From Piromyces finnis finn (taxonomy: Eukaryota > Fungi > Neocallimastigomycota), in NCBI GenBank assembly GCA_002104945.1, contig MCFH01000030.1:1-64000 (forward strand): a stretch of 64,000 nucleotides of DNA. Reading direction: 5' to 3'. Positions 11,940-26,700 of this stretch are shown in pieces. Under the pieces are notes generated by a model that saw only the letters and a list, made by a program, of their open reading frames with translations, was not told where the DNA came from and did not search any database. Position numbers and translations under genes: made by a program. Each line of letters opens with the position of its first letter. The stretch's first letter is position 1.

Positions 11940-13500
11940 TGATACGTGACGAACAGAAAATACTACTTTTGGTAGAAATTCCAGGTTAATTCATATAAGG
12001 GTTAAGATAATAATAAATTAAGGAAAATATCCAACCTTTGATGATATACAAAAAATAATTGAAGAATATTTAAATATAACACAAAATGATAAATTCAATA
12101 TTTTATTATCATTGAAAATAAAAAATAATGAAAGAATAAAGCTATTTAATTATCGTGTAAGAATAAAATATAATTTATTAGATGAAAATTATAAAAAACT
12201 TTTTAATGTTAATAATTATGTTGAAATGCTAAAAAGTAGACCATATATTTATTCAAATGTTCTATTAAATGATTGTAAAACTCTTGAAGAAGCTTTTAAA
12301 GTTGCAGAGTTAGCTTCAAAAGTTGAGGAATATAATGTATTTAATAATGAATTAAATTATTCTTTTGGTTCAATTATGAATATTAATATGACAACTTTAA
12401 ATCCAAGAATTAATGATATTAATATTAATAGTAATGATGATTGTGAAAAAAATATGGATTTATCAAATGTAAATAATGAAAGAGAAAATATAATAGAAGA
12501 TGAAAATGAAGCTGATACATGTAATGAAAATTTTAATAATAAATATGAGGACATGGAATGTAATAATAATTTATTAAATTCAATAAACCTAAGTGATTGT
12601 GATGAAGATAAAATTCTAAAACTTCAAGATAAAATACTTAATAATAAAATATTAGAAGATTATAAATGTTTACGTAATAAAAAGATTAAAAAACGTTTAG
12701 AAAGCATAATTAATGGAGTTGATATTGAAGATAAAAATACCAATGATGAAAATAATATTTATAAAAATAATTATATTAGAGATACTTTAAAGAATCATTG
12801 TCAATTATTAATAGTTAATCATAAATATAATAAAACAGAAATAGATACAATGCAAAGTAAAATAAAAGAAAAATTTTCATTTAATTATGGAAATAATAGA
12901 AAGGATACCAAAATGTTAGAAAGGAACTATAGGTATAAAAGAAAAAGAAAACGATAAATACTTGTAATATAAATTTTATTTTTATTTATTATATATTTAG
13001 TATAAAAACAATATAAAAACCTATAATTTTATTAATCCTTTGTTGACTTCAAGGGACGAAGTCTCATCTAAAGTGGGGGCATCTTGATACGTGACGAACA
13101 GAAAATACTACTTTTGGTAGAAATTCCAGGTTAATTCATATAAGGGTTAAGATAATAATAAATTAATAATAACTTTAATTAATAATGAAATTAATTAATA
13201 TGAAATTAATTAAAAAAAAATATTTAATATGTACTAATATAAATATAATTAATAATTAAAAAATTAAAATGATGTTCTTGATTTTGTAATTAAGTTCCAA
13301 AGATAATAAGATATAATAAAATGAGAAATTTAGTAATAGTTTAGTAATATTAATAGTGAATAAGTAGTATATAGGAAATATAGTTATTTTAAATATGTAT
13401 TATTAATAATAAATAAATGTAAAAATACTAATTATAATATATTTTAATAAAGATAAATATTTAATAATAATAAAAGGCTTATTTTGTTTATAATTGTAAC
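11940..13500 (+). mobile_element. Deleted element T: 82-bp 5' LTR remnant, gag fragment, PPT and 3' LTR from 13085
   Basis: 11940-12021 is repeated at 13085. GACTTCAAGGGACGAAGTC hairpin and AAAGTGGGGG tract precede 13085. Right end uncertain (no clear CA). Confidence 0.75.
12022..12957 (+). CDS. gag: 5'-truncated gag-like ORF of T
   Basis: KYPTFDDIQKIIEEY..LKIKNNERIKLFNYR..TLEEAFKVAE aligns by eye with V gag HYPSLKKIVTMLEEF..MRIKKNEKVKDFNIR..TLAEAYKLAE. No CCHC knuckle. Confidence 0.7.
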   Translation, partial: GKYPTFDDIQKIIEEYLNITQNDKFNILLSLKIKNNERIKLFNYRVRIKYNLLDENYKKLFNVNNYVEMLKSRPYIYSNVLLNDCKTLEEAFKVAELASKVEEYNVFNNELNYSFGSIMNINMTTLNPRINDININSNDDCEKNMDLSNVNNERENIIEDENEADTCNENFNNKYEDMECNNNLLNSINLSDCDEDKILKLQDKILNNKILEDYKCLRNKKIKKRLESIINGVDIEDKNTNDENNIYKNNYIRDTLKNHCQLLIVNHKYNKTEIDTMQSKIKEKFSFNYGNNRKDTKMLERNYRYKRKRKR

Positions 13501-13503
13501 GAA

Positions 13504-14254
<751 letters not shown>

Positions 14255-14257
14255 CGA

Positions 14258-15373
14258 TGATGCGTTGACCGATATATTTGTGAATAATATAATGTTTTTA
14301 ATAAATAATAAATTCTATATTATAATGATGAAACAATAAATTTAAAATAAAATAAAATATGTTTTATAATTAACAAATAAATCACTCAAAACTCGAAAAT
14401 AAACTCTTATTATGTTTTAAATTAAATCTTTATTATATTTTATAATTTATTTATTATCTGTTTATGGTCTTTTTATTCTCTATTTATTGTCCGCCCTTTA
14501 TAAAGAAGAATTTTATCTTCCTTTTATACATTTTCATTTATTACAGGTATTATTATTTTTAACTATTAAATGTTATTATTACTATTGTTATTATTTATTA
14601 AAATTAAAAGAATAAATTAAAATTATGTCTTAGTATTATAAAATATTATAGAATATTACTTATTTGATTTTCTTATTACTTCAAAATGTTTAAATTTAGA
14701 AAAATTATTATAAATTATCATTGACTATCATTAAATGTATAATACCTTGAATAAAATAATTAAAATTTAAAATTAAAATAATATTAAAATAAAATTAAAA
14801 TAAAATTAAAATAAAAATTTAACAAAATTAAAATATTAAAAGTATCAATTATTATAAACACTCATTTTATACAGAAACATAAAAGAGTTCTGTATTTTAT
14901 CTTTGGAATTGTTATTATTGTTCTATTTCCAGGTTTTAAGTTTATCACTTTTAGTAATAATTACTCAATTAGTTATTTTTTTAATTTATATATATAATTT
15001 TAAAAGAATTTCTAAAGAACACTTGGATAAACACTAGAATTAATAATTTGATGTATATCATTTTATTTTTAGTTTATTTATTCATTTTTATTTATTTATT
15101 ATTATTTTATTATTTTAGTACATTATTGGATTAAGTCGTTTTATTTTATTTAATAATTTATTTTATTATTATCACTATTAGGTCGTTTTTACTCAGAATT
15201 TATTATATAATAAAGATAATATTATTTATTTAAAGAAAGGGTTATATTTTCATAAAATTATTATTCATTCATCTTTAAGGGTTATTATTGTTTATTTTTA
15301 TTATAAGTTACTATGGGTTAAGTCGTGTTTATTCAGCTAGTTTTTATCATGTTTTTATGTGAGTAGCGTATCA
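14258..15373 (+). mobile_element. Solo LTR family W, copy 1
   Basis: TGATGCG...GCGTATCA, near-identical to 34165-35260; transcription direction unknown. Confidence 0.8.
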
Positions 15374-15377
15374 AAAA

Positions 15378-16033
15378 TGATACAATATTTTTATAAAGTA
15401 ACATAGAATAATATTTATTTGTTTTTAGGACTAAGCAAGTGGGAATAGTATAAAGTAATATATTCTAACAAAGAAAATTAACTAAGAATAATTTATTGTA
15501 AAATTATAATAACACTAAAACTAGAATAATAATATTTGTTTTTTTTTTTATAATATATTTTTTTTTTTTTTTTTTTTTTTTAATCTTTATTTATTAATAA
15601 ATATTTTAAGAGGTTTATAAGTAAAATTAAGAATAAGAGTAAAATACTAAGATTTAATATCTTTAATAAAAATATAGAATTATTCAACTAAATAATAATT
15701 CTCTTCCAAAAAAAATAATAATATAATAAAATTAAATAATCCTAAAAGTTTTACTTATTCCTTTTTTTTTTTTTTTATAACTTATTTTTCCTCTTTCCTA
15801 ATTAACGTCTCCTTTTTTTTTTTTTTTAATATATATATTTTTTTTTTTTTTTTTTCTATATCTATTTCTATCAACTCCGCTATAATACTATTATTAATTA
15901 TATTACATTGAATAAATTCTTGTACATATTTAATTACATTACGTAAATGTAAGAATTAAATTATTATTATAATTTAACCTATTTTCACCTATAATTTATT
16001 ATTATTTCTTATTTTTATAGTAACAACGTATCA
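15378..16033 (-). repeat. 3' LTR of element R
   Basis: On the minus strand it starts TGATACG right after AAGTGAGGGCGTCT and the conserved hairpin, downstream of the R integrase stop; ends TATCA. Confidence 0.8.
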
Positions 16034-16245
16034 AGACGCCCTCACTTAGTTTAGACTTCGTCCCCTGAAGTCCAGCTTAGTGTTCTTGTCATAATACCTT
16101 GAATTAATATTAAAGTTATTTTATTATTTTTTTTTTTTTTTTTTTTTTTTTTTATTATATTATATTATATTGTACTATTTATCTAAAAATGTCCTATAAA
16201 TTATCTTAAAAATATAATTTAAATTTTTCTAATATTTTATATATA

Positions 16246-16288
<43 letters not shown>

Positions 16289-16704
16289 GTAAGTTAACTG
16301 AATATTAATAACTATATAATTTATATATTATAATTTGATGTAACTATAATCTAATGATTATTATTATTATTATTTTTTTTTTTATATTCATATTCTTATA
16401 TATATATATTTTTCTATTATTTTATTATTTATATATTTTTATATATTTATATATTTATTTATTCTTATGTTAACGAAATTTAAACAAACCATTTTTAAAA
16501 TGTGATCTGAAATTTGAATTTGGAAATTTTAATTTGAAATTTGAATGGATTTCATCAGGATTAAAAAAATGATTTTCAGGATGTTGTGATTATATATATA
16601 TTATTTGTTCTATGTATTCTCATTCATATCTTCTTCTTCCGTACGTATTACCATTTTATTCTATTAATATTGAATTTTAAATTAAAAAATTTTTTTTTTT
16701 TTTT

Positions 16705-18056
16705 TTATAATTCCTCGTCTAGATTAATTTCTGTTATATAAGGAATAACATTTTTTAAATGAATATTCCTTTCTGCAATTTCCTTTGTGATTGGATCACA
16801 AACGGTTACAGTATTTAATTCCCTTTTTACAATTTCTAAAGGTCCTGTAAAGAACGGGTCTAGTTTCCTCCTATTAAATACTTTTACAAGAATTAAGTCT
16901 CCAGGTTTGTAATCACTTTTCATTCTTTTAATTTGTTTACGGCGATCTTCCCATAGTCTATTTGCCGTTTCAATATTTTTTATAGCTTCTCTTATCCATT
17001 GATCATGAGTAATAAATTTCCGTAGCCAATATTCATCTTCATTTTCTAATTCATTTTTCTTTTCAATATTGATTGATAATTCGAAGGGTTGTAAATCTCT
17101 TCTTCCGTACAGTAGTTCAAAACTACTGTGTTTCGTAACTTCACTTTTACATGTCCTTAAGGCCCAAAGTGCACTGTAAAGAGTTTCGTCCCATTCGTCA
17201 TATTTTTCCCCTAATAGTCGTAAGTATTTTCCTATTTCACGATTCCTATTTTCTACTTCGCCATTAGATGCAGGGTGGTAAGTAGTAATGTAATGGACAT
17301 AAACATCATGTAGGTCTAAGAAGGCTTTTGTTTTATCAGAAGTAAACTGCGGTCCGTTGTCCGTTACTAATATTTCAGGTATCCCATGTCTAGAAAAAAC
17401 CTGTTTTAAGAATTTTATTACGTCTTCTGATTCAGCTGACCTTAAGGGTTCAGCTTCTACCCATTTAGTTAAGTAATCTACTAATACTATAATATATTTG
17501 TTTTTATTTTTTGTAATAGGTAGAGGACCTATTAAATCTAAGCCTACTCTTGAAAATGGATAACTGGGAGGGTGTAATGAGGTATATCTAATGATAAGGG
17601 TTAGACTAGAAAATCATTAAGGTTAGATTAATGAAAATTTCATAATTATATTTTTATAACCAATCATTAAGTAATTAATTCACTTATCAAATTGTATTAA
17701 AAAAAAAAAAAAAATAATTTTCATGTATAAAAGAGAGAATAAGAAAGATAAAATAGTTCTTTAGTGTTTTTATTAATAATTAATAAAAATTAGTTTTTTT
17801 ATTTCGTCTTTAGTTTGATAATACACTGACCTAGCGAGTTAGTCGTATTATAATAATAAATTTAATAAATAAACATTATTAAAAAAAATACATATATATT
17901 TGATACATTAGAGTGTGTGTGTTTATTATTATAATATTTCGTTACAGAGGGGTAGCAATATCTTCTGAATATTTGTTTAATGATTGAGGCCTACAGGTTT
18001 GACATCTATGGCAACACTTAATATAATTTATTATATCACTTTTCATATTTTTCCAA
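16705..18056 (-). pseudogene. pol: Element R integrase, interrupted by solo LTR Q and cut at 18056 by insertion of X
   Basis: WKNMKSDIINYIKCCHRCQTCRP..(Q)..PPSYPFSRVGLDLIGP..VTDNGPQF..HPASNGEVENRN..PFFTGPL. Confidence 0.9.
17573..17946. mobile_element. Solo LTR Q (374 bp)
   Basis: TGTAA...TTACA with perfect 5-bp TSD GAGGG (17568-72 and 17947-51); removing it restores the R integrase frame (IAT|PPSYP). Confidence 0.9.
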
Positions 18057-18795
18057 TGTAAAGATATAATATATATCTTTAAATTATTTAATAATTAATT
18101 AATAATTATTAAATAATAATTTTGATATTTTAATGAAAAATTATTTATTTATAAAATTTATTATATAAATTTTAAGGAATAATTAAATAAATATTAATTT
18201 TAAAATATCAAAATTGGAAATGAAATTTGGATAAATATTTAAATTAATGGATAATTAAATTTAAATATTTTAAATATTCAAATTAAATCTTAAAAAGTTC
18301 TTATTTAATTAAAAATAGTTTAATAACTTTAGCGTAGTTTTAAATTAGTATTTTTTAATAGTAAATATATAATAAATAGTATTATTAATATTTAATTAAT
18401 ATATAGGTAATACATGGACTGTATTCAATTTGTAGTTTACTCAAATTGAATCAAAAGTGTATTTAATTAGTTTTAGTTTAGTTTTATTATTTTATTATTT
18501 AATTAAATTAGTATTAAATTAGTTTTGTTTATTTTATATTGAATATATGTATAATTAAATAGAATAGTATATTAAAATATAATTTGTAAAAAATATAAAT
18601 ACATGTAAAATTTCATAGTTAAACGATGTAATTGTTATTGACTATAATTTAGTTAATAACTAAATAAGAACTAATAAAAAGAAAAAAGAATATAAATAAA
18701 TTTCGTTTTTGTTTTTAATTTTTTATTTTATTGTGTTTTTGTTTTATTGTAAAAAAAAAATTTTATAATCTGTTTTAAATTTTAAAACTTTTACA
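18057..18795 (+). repeat. 5' LTR of autonomous element X (diverged relative of the A/B LTR)
   Basis: Same TGTAAAGATATAATATATATCTTTA start and TTTTACA end; self-priming pair ATAACAATTAC (18796) / GTAATTGTTAT (18628). Confidence 0.92.
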
Positions 18796-19032
18796 ATAAC
18801 AATTACCTTTTTTTTATAAAACACGTTATAAAATTTTTTTTTTTTTAATAAAACATATTTAATATTTTTTTCTTACCTACCGTGTCTTAGGAAATATCTA
18901 CCTCGTCTAAAGGAATATCTACTGTGTTTTAAAGGCGATCTACCGTGTCTTAGGAAATATCTACCGCGTTTAGATTATTATTTTAGTATCATTCAAGCTT
19001 CCAACACTATTTGGTTACTGTATTTAATTTTG

Positions 19033-19110
19033 TTACTATATTTTTAAGAGCTCGTCTAACACCGTTTGATAGGATAGAGTTACGACGACATCTTAAATAA
19101 AATATTGTAA
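19033..19110 (+). other. Single copy of the array stem-loop in the leader of X
   Basis: AAGAGCTCGTCTAACACCGTTTGATAGGATAGAGTTACGACGACATCTT: same loop region as the array units, with compensatory stem changes. Confidence 0.9.
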
Positions 19111-19139
19111 AAAATTAAATAAGTAAAATATTAAGCATA

Positions 19140-20772
19140 TTGGAGGAAATCAACCAACTCTTATCTAACCTCCACTTAAACGAAAATATGGACCGTCAAG
19201 GGGCGTCTTTGAGGATAGTTAATGATCCTCCAACCTTTTCAGGAAGAAGACAAGAACTAGATGGGTTCTTGACCAGGGTTGAACTAGCCATTGAAGCCAA
19301 CCCTGATAGATTTGTTAATGATGAGGCAAGAGTTCGATTCTTAATATCTTACTTTGTCAATAGACCTTTAGAATGGGCCGCTCGTTTAAGACAAAATAAC
19401 GACGCCGTTCTAAGAAACTATGATCAGTTTATTGCTGCTCTTCGTACCAATTTCGGGGATCCGAATAATGATACGATTGTTGCAAATGGAAGACTTTGCA
19501 ACATTAAACAAAGAAAATTTGGCAAGGTGTTCGAATACATTAACGAATTCCAACGCGTTAGCCAAAATTCGAATTTTAATGAAGCAGCTAAAATATACAT
19601 GTTCACAAAGGGATTACATCCGAAAATGCGTGAACATTTAGCTGTAGTGAATCCAAATCCCTCTCAATTAGAGCGTCTTTATTCTGATGTCCTTAGTATT
19701 GAAAATCTTACTAAGAGAAATGATATCAGTGAATATTACATGACGCATCAAGACCGAAGAAATTATAACCAAAATGATCCTATGGATGTGGATTTATATA
19801 GGATCAGTTTAGGTCAAAGAAAGGTTAATTACTTCCCTCCTCATAGAAGTAATTATGACGAAAATAAAATAAATCGCACTGAGGCTAAGAAGAATGGAGT
19901 TTGCTTTACTTGTGGAAAGTCTGGACACTTTCAATTCAATTGTCCAAACAAAAAGAAACCAAAAAATGTAAAAATTATCAAGAGATGCTATTCAGAAGAC
20001 GAAGCTAGCCCTTCAATCAAGAAAATTAAAAAGGATAATCTTAATCCCAAGGGAACTTCAAACATATTCGAAATTCATAAAGGTGAAAAGAAAAATATTA
20101 TTGATTTTTATATCAAAACCAATGATATTGATGAAGTCAAAGCTAAGGTACTTATTGATTCTGGTTCCGATCTTAATTTCATCCACCCCGAGTTCGCCCG
20201 AATCAATAATATTAAACTTTCAAATATTGCTGAATCTTTCAAGGTTTCTGGTTTAGGGCAAGGTACATCTACCGTGAAAAAGGAATCCGAAAAGTGCATC
20301 CTTCGTTTGAGAAATCATTACGAAGTCATTCAATTATATGCACTTAGAATTCCTGAAGTTGATATAATTCTTGGTGTACCTTGGATTGAAGAACATTGCC
20401 CTGTTTACTACCACGATTCTTCCAAAATTGCATTTAGCTCTACATACTGTGCCAGACATTGTAATGTGGGAAGAAGAAAGAACAAGAGTAGCACAAAGGA
20501 AACCAAGAAAGAAAAAATATCATCAAGAAAAGGAAAAGAAGTTATTCAAGATGATGAAGATGATCAATCCTCTTATAGTGAACTTGGTTCATACAATCAT
20601 TATGAATACTCTTATAGCGACTTCAGTGATGATGAAGAAACTTTAAGTATTAGAGGCCGTAGAACCTCCGTCAAAACCATTAGTAACCTAGATAGTTTTA
20701 ATAAAATTAAATTTAGTAATAGTTTAAATAATGATAATAATTGTAATTTTAAATGTATATGTAATAACATTA
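19140..20772 (+). CDS. gag-pol: Element X gag-protease part of a single gag-pol ORF (first ATG at 19188), interrupted by B
   Basis: DPPTFSG gag motif, CCHC knuckle CFTCGKSGHFQFNC, protease LIDSGS. Frame rejoins RT (..CNNI|NCIDEN..) across the CATTA duplication. Confidence 0.93.
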
Positions 20773-23700
20773 TGTAAAAGTATAAAATTTAAAACAGATT
20801 TTATACTTAAAACAAAACAATTTTTATTAACACAAAAATAAAAAAATAAAACATTAAATTTTTATTTTAAAAAAAAACATTTTTATTTAAACTCTTAAAA
20901 ATATTATTAACTATATAATAGTTAATAATTAAAAAATTGAAAATAACAATTACATCGATTTAACAAATAAAAATTACATGTATTTATATTTTTTCATAAT
21001 TATATTCTAATATATTATTCTATTTAAATAAACATATATTTAATATAAAATAAACAAAACTAATTTAATTAAATAATAAAATAACAGAACTAAACTAAAC
21101 TAATTCATTATACTTTTAATTCAATTTGAGTAAACTCAAAATTGAATAAAGCCCATGTATTTTCTATAAATTAATTTAATATTATCAATACTATTCTTAA
21201 TATATTTCCTATTGAAATATAAATAAATCTATTTTTAAAACTAAGTTAAAATTATTAAACTATTCTAAATTTAAATAAAAAAGTATAATCTATTCTAAAA
21301 CTAAATAAAAAGTATTTGAAAAATATTTTAATTATTTAAAATATTTGAAATATTTAAATTTAATTAAAATTCTTTTATTCCTTAAACTTAAATATTTATC
21401 TTAATTTAAATTTAACGGAATTATTATAAAATAATTTATTATTAAATTATTCCATAAAATTTACTCAAAAATTTTATAATCAGTTTTACTAAATATTAAT
21501 TTATTATTTAATAATTAATAATTAATTATTAAATAATCTAAAGATATATATTATATCTTTACAATCTCGCCCTTTAAGTCGAGCTCCTGCGAGATTATTT
21601 TCTTGAAGAAATTTAAATAACAAATGGTTACTACTTTTTCTAAATCATAACATTGTTAAAAAAATATATAAGTATTTAATTTATTTATACTCTTATTATC
21701 ATTCTTGTTACTTATACATAATTCTAATAATTTATCTAAAACTTAATCATCAAGAATCCATTTGTTTTTATATTCAGATTATGGTTATTTATAAATTGTT
21801 TTCTATTAACATTTTTATTTAAGTATTCAAAACAAAACATTTACTTAAGTTTCAAATTTTTATTTATTCAATTCTTCTTGATCATCATGACTTTTATAAT
21901 CTTCTTATGCATGATTAAAATTCTATTTTACAATTTTAATACTTTTTATTAATACTTATAATAATCTGTTCAACTTTCTTTGATTTATTAGCTGAAGAAA
22001 TTTCAATATTAAATTTTAAATTAAATCCATAGTTTGTATAAAATTGAAATTGATTGATTGATTACAATAAAATATTATAAGTAGATTCCAATATAACAAT
22101 CAATTCGATTTTATTAACCAACGGAGATATTGGAACAATATCTCGTTCACCCTCTCATTTAAATGAAAAGTCTGTGATAAAATTTATATTAAATATATCA
22201 AACAGACAATTCTAAAATTATAAAGAAAATAGCATTTAAAGAGTATTAAATGTTTTTTATTATTGTACAAGCTTTAAACCAAGTGGAACTTATTTTTTTT
22301 AAAGGTTATTATTAAGCAAATAAATATAACAAAATTCTTAGTAATAAAATATTTGTAAAAAAATTAACATTCATTAATAATAATGGAAAAACATCATTCA
22401 ATAATTATATTAACTATACCACTATTTTTTTTTAATCTTATTATTAAATAAACAAAAGTGGTATCAAGTCATCAAGTAAATACTATAATTTAATTAACAA
22501 ATTTATCATTTTTAGACGTTTTTAAAATACTTTTAGCATATTTATAATTCTCTTTTATTTTATAATTTATCAATATATGGTATTATAAAATTATTTCTTT
22601 TTTAAAAATTTAACAATGAATTCATAAATTTAAATATCATCAATAAAACATCACAGAATTGATATAAACATATACATAATGTTGTACTAAATATTATTAA
22701 TTATAAAGTAATTAAAATACTTCATCAAAAGCATCACTTAAAATATTAAAATAGAGCTGATACATTTTTGAATAAAAGGTATGATAATAAATTAAAAATG
22801 CCATATAAAGATTAAAGCAATTTTAAATTCATCACTTTATTTAATTCTTACTAAGCTATTGATATATTTAAATTTAGTTTAAAAACATATTTTACTCCAT
22901 TTATCTTATTTATTGATTAAAGGAATATATGAATTTCAATAATTATATCATTTAATTTCCTACAATCAATATATAGTAATTATAGTTATCAATCTCATTA
23001 TACTTCCATTAAAAAGAATTGTATAAAGATTAAAATCTTTTTTTTTTTTTTCCTTTATAAAGTTCGTTTTATTAAGTACATAAAAACTATTCATTTATTA
23101 AAAACTCTTATAATTATTATACATATTACATTAATTTATATTTGTTTTATTCATTATATTTATTACATTTATCATATTTATTAACTTATTATATTTATTA
23201 ATTTATTCTATTTATTACATTTATCATATTTATTAACTTATTCTATTTATTACTTTATTCTATTTATTACATTTTATTATATTTTTTTTTCATTTGTTGT
23301 ATTTATTAATTCTATTTTTTTTTTAATTATTATTAATACTAACTATTATACTATCAAGTTGTTACTATTACTAAAACTATTCCTCATTAATTTCTATTAT
23401 AGCTATTTCTAATTCTACAATACTAATACATTACAATCATATTTATTTTTTAAATTACATTTATTATAATTAAAATTATTTAGATAACATTATTTTCCAT
23501 AGGACAAATGTACTTAACATTTTGTTATAATCCTCCACAATTCAGTAATTCATTAAGTTTCTTTTTAAAACATTGGAATTTTCAAATTTATTATTTCATT
23601 ACTGAATTGTTCTTCTTTCTTGTTTCTTTTTATTTTCATTTTATTCTTTATAAAATCCAGATAAATGAAATTAAGAACAGATCCAGAATAGATTAATTTT

Positions 23701-26700
23701 CTAGCTCTGATTTCACTACCATCATATTATTAAGAATAAAAAATATTACACTCATTTCTTATTATATATTTATTTAACTTTATAATTATTCAATCAAAAC
23801 TACTATATTAATTTATTCAAGTTATTTGAATCTTTTAAATATAAAACTTACTTCTTAATAAAAATATAAACTTATTAACTAGATATACAATAACTTCTTT
23901 ATAAAAAATTCTTTATTTAATTAATTTATTTTAATTTATTAAATATAAAAAACATAATTTATTTAACAACTAAATTTGTAAAACCTCCTCATATTGAATT
24001 CAAATTATTTTAATTATTTATTCTTAATCATTTGTTTAATAAATTATTTAATAAACTATTACAATCAAATTATCTTAATTTACTAAATATAAAAATAATT
24101 TTTTTTTTAATAAATGTATAACTTTTTAAATAACTAAATTTGTATTGACTTTTGTTGATAAATTCAAATCAAATTAAAAATGCTTTAAATTTATATTCTA
24201 ATTATTAAGAATTTTCTATTTAGTCAAATATTCAGTTATATAAAATACACCTTTATATAAAAGAAGTCAACTCCATCCTATCAACTGGTGTCAGCGAATT
24301 CTTTATAAAGTATAAAACATGTTATTACAATGAAATTAAATTATTTTTTTTTTAAGCTCGTTTTCGTATTACTTCATAATATTTTAATATATTATTTAAT
24401 AAACTTCTTAATTGTATTTATCTAATTTAATTAATAATATATAATCCTTGAATATATTTTATTTATTTAGTTAGTTAATCGAATTTATATTGTATCTTCA
24501 TATTAAAGAAGTCGACCTGACTCTATCCTTTAAAGAAAAGGTGTCATCGAATTATTTATTTAGTATAAAATTAAATTATTTTAAAAGTAATTTTAAATAT
24601 CAAATCATTTTCTAACTTCATTAAATTAAATTATATATTTCAAATTTTCAAGTTAAATTAATTTATAGTATTTTCAATTTAATTTATTATATACTATTTC
24701 CCAAAAAGATGTCGATCTGACTCTGTCCTCTAAAAAGGTGTCATCGAAATCTTATTATAATAAAGAATAATTTATTTATTTAGCTAACTTTACACATTTA
24801 TTACTTTTACTTTTATTGTAAAATTTTAATTCATTTCTTAATTTTAATTTATTATATACTATATCTAAAAGATGTCGCTCAGACTCTATCCTATCAAAAG
24901 GTGTCGAGCGAGGTCTTTTATGTATATAATAAATTCATTTCAAATTTACTTATTATATAATCAAATTTTAATTTGTTTTAATTATATATTCAATTTAATT
25001 TATTATATACAATATCTAAAGATGTCGCTCAGACTCTATCCTATCAAAAGGTGTCGAGCGAGGTCTTTTATAGTATATAATAAATTTATTTCAATAAGAT
25101 AACTTATTCCTCAACTACTTTTAATTAATAAATATCAAAATTTTAATTTTCATATTTCTCAATGTATTTTAAATAAATCTAAAATTATTATATACTACGT
25201 CTAAAAGATGTCGCTCAGACTCTATCCTATCAAAAGGTGTCGAGCGAGGTCTTTTATAATATATAATAAATATATTTCAATAAAATAACTTTTTCCAATA
25301 GGTGATATTTACATTTTAATTCACTTATTTCTCAATTTCATTTTAATTAATAAATATCAAAATTTTAATTTTCATATTTCTCAATATATTTTAAATAATT
25401 CTATAATTATTATATACCATGTTTAAAAGATGTCGCTCAGACTCTATCCTATCAAACGGTGTCGAGCGAGGTCTTTTAAGTATATAATAAGTTCATTTCA
25501 AAATAACAATTAATAATTCATTCAAATAAGTGAAATCAACATACTAATTCACTTATTTCTCAATATATTTAAATAATTTTAAAATTTTATTAACTTTTTC
25601 TTAATTTTCTTTCTTTTTAAATAAGTTTTAATTTTCTTACTTTGCAATTAATTTTTTGATTTAATTTACTCTTTTAATTGTATATATCCAATTTAATTTA
25701 TAATATACTATGTATAAAAGATGTCGCTCAGACTCTATCCTATCAAACGGTGTCGAGCGAGTTCTTTTTATAGTATATTATAATTAAATTTAATTTTAAA
25801 AGAGTTTCATCAATTTAAAAACAAGAGTATTTCATAAATATATTTCTATTAGTATTACAGATAGATTTTATATATAAAGATTTCATTGTTCCATACAGTA
25901 GAGTTACACTTATTCCAATTCCAATATAAAAAGGAAAGTTTCACAGAGTAGAAGTTCCACAAGCAAAGTTCCACGAGATTCGTTCAAAAGAATTCCACGA
26001 AGGAAGGATTTCACAAGGTAGTGTTCCACAAGTAGGTAAAAATTCCACAATTATAGTTCCACAAAGTAGTGTTTCACAAAATTTATTTAGAATTTCACAA
26101 AGTAGGGTAACACAAAATTAATGTTACACTGACAGAAGTTACACCATAAATAGTTCCACAAGGTAGGCTACTCAAGTAGACAAAAAAAAATTTCCGAAGA
26201 GAAAAAATTTCCGAAAAGTTCCAAATTTTCTACGGTAGCAATTCCCAATGTTGTAACTTCAGAAAATAAAAATTGTTTTATTATTAAATATAAAACGTGT
26301 TTTTTAATAAGAAAAGGTAATTGTTATTGTAAAAGTATAAAATTTAAAACAGATTTTATACTTAAAACAAAACAATTTTTATTAACACAAAAATAAAAAA
26401 ATAAAACATTAAATTTTTATTTTAAAAAAAAAAACATTTTTATTTAAACTCTTAAAAATATTATTAACTATATAATAGTTAATAATTAAAAAATTGAAAA
26501 TAACAATTACATCGATTTAACAAATAAAAATTACATGTATTTATATTTTTTCATAATTATATTCTAATATATTATTCTATTTAAATAAACATATATTTAA
26601 TATAAAATAAACAAAACTAATTTAATTAAATAATAAAATAACAGAACTAAACTAAACTAATTCATTATACTTTTAATTCAATTTGAGTAAACTCAAAATT

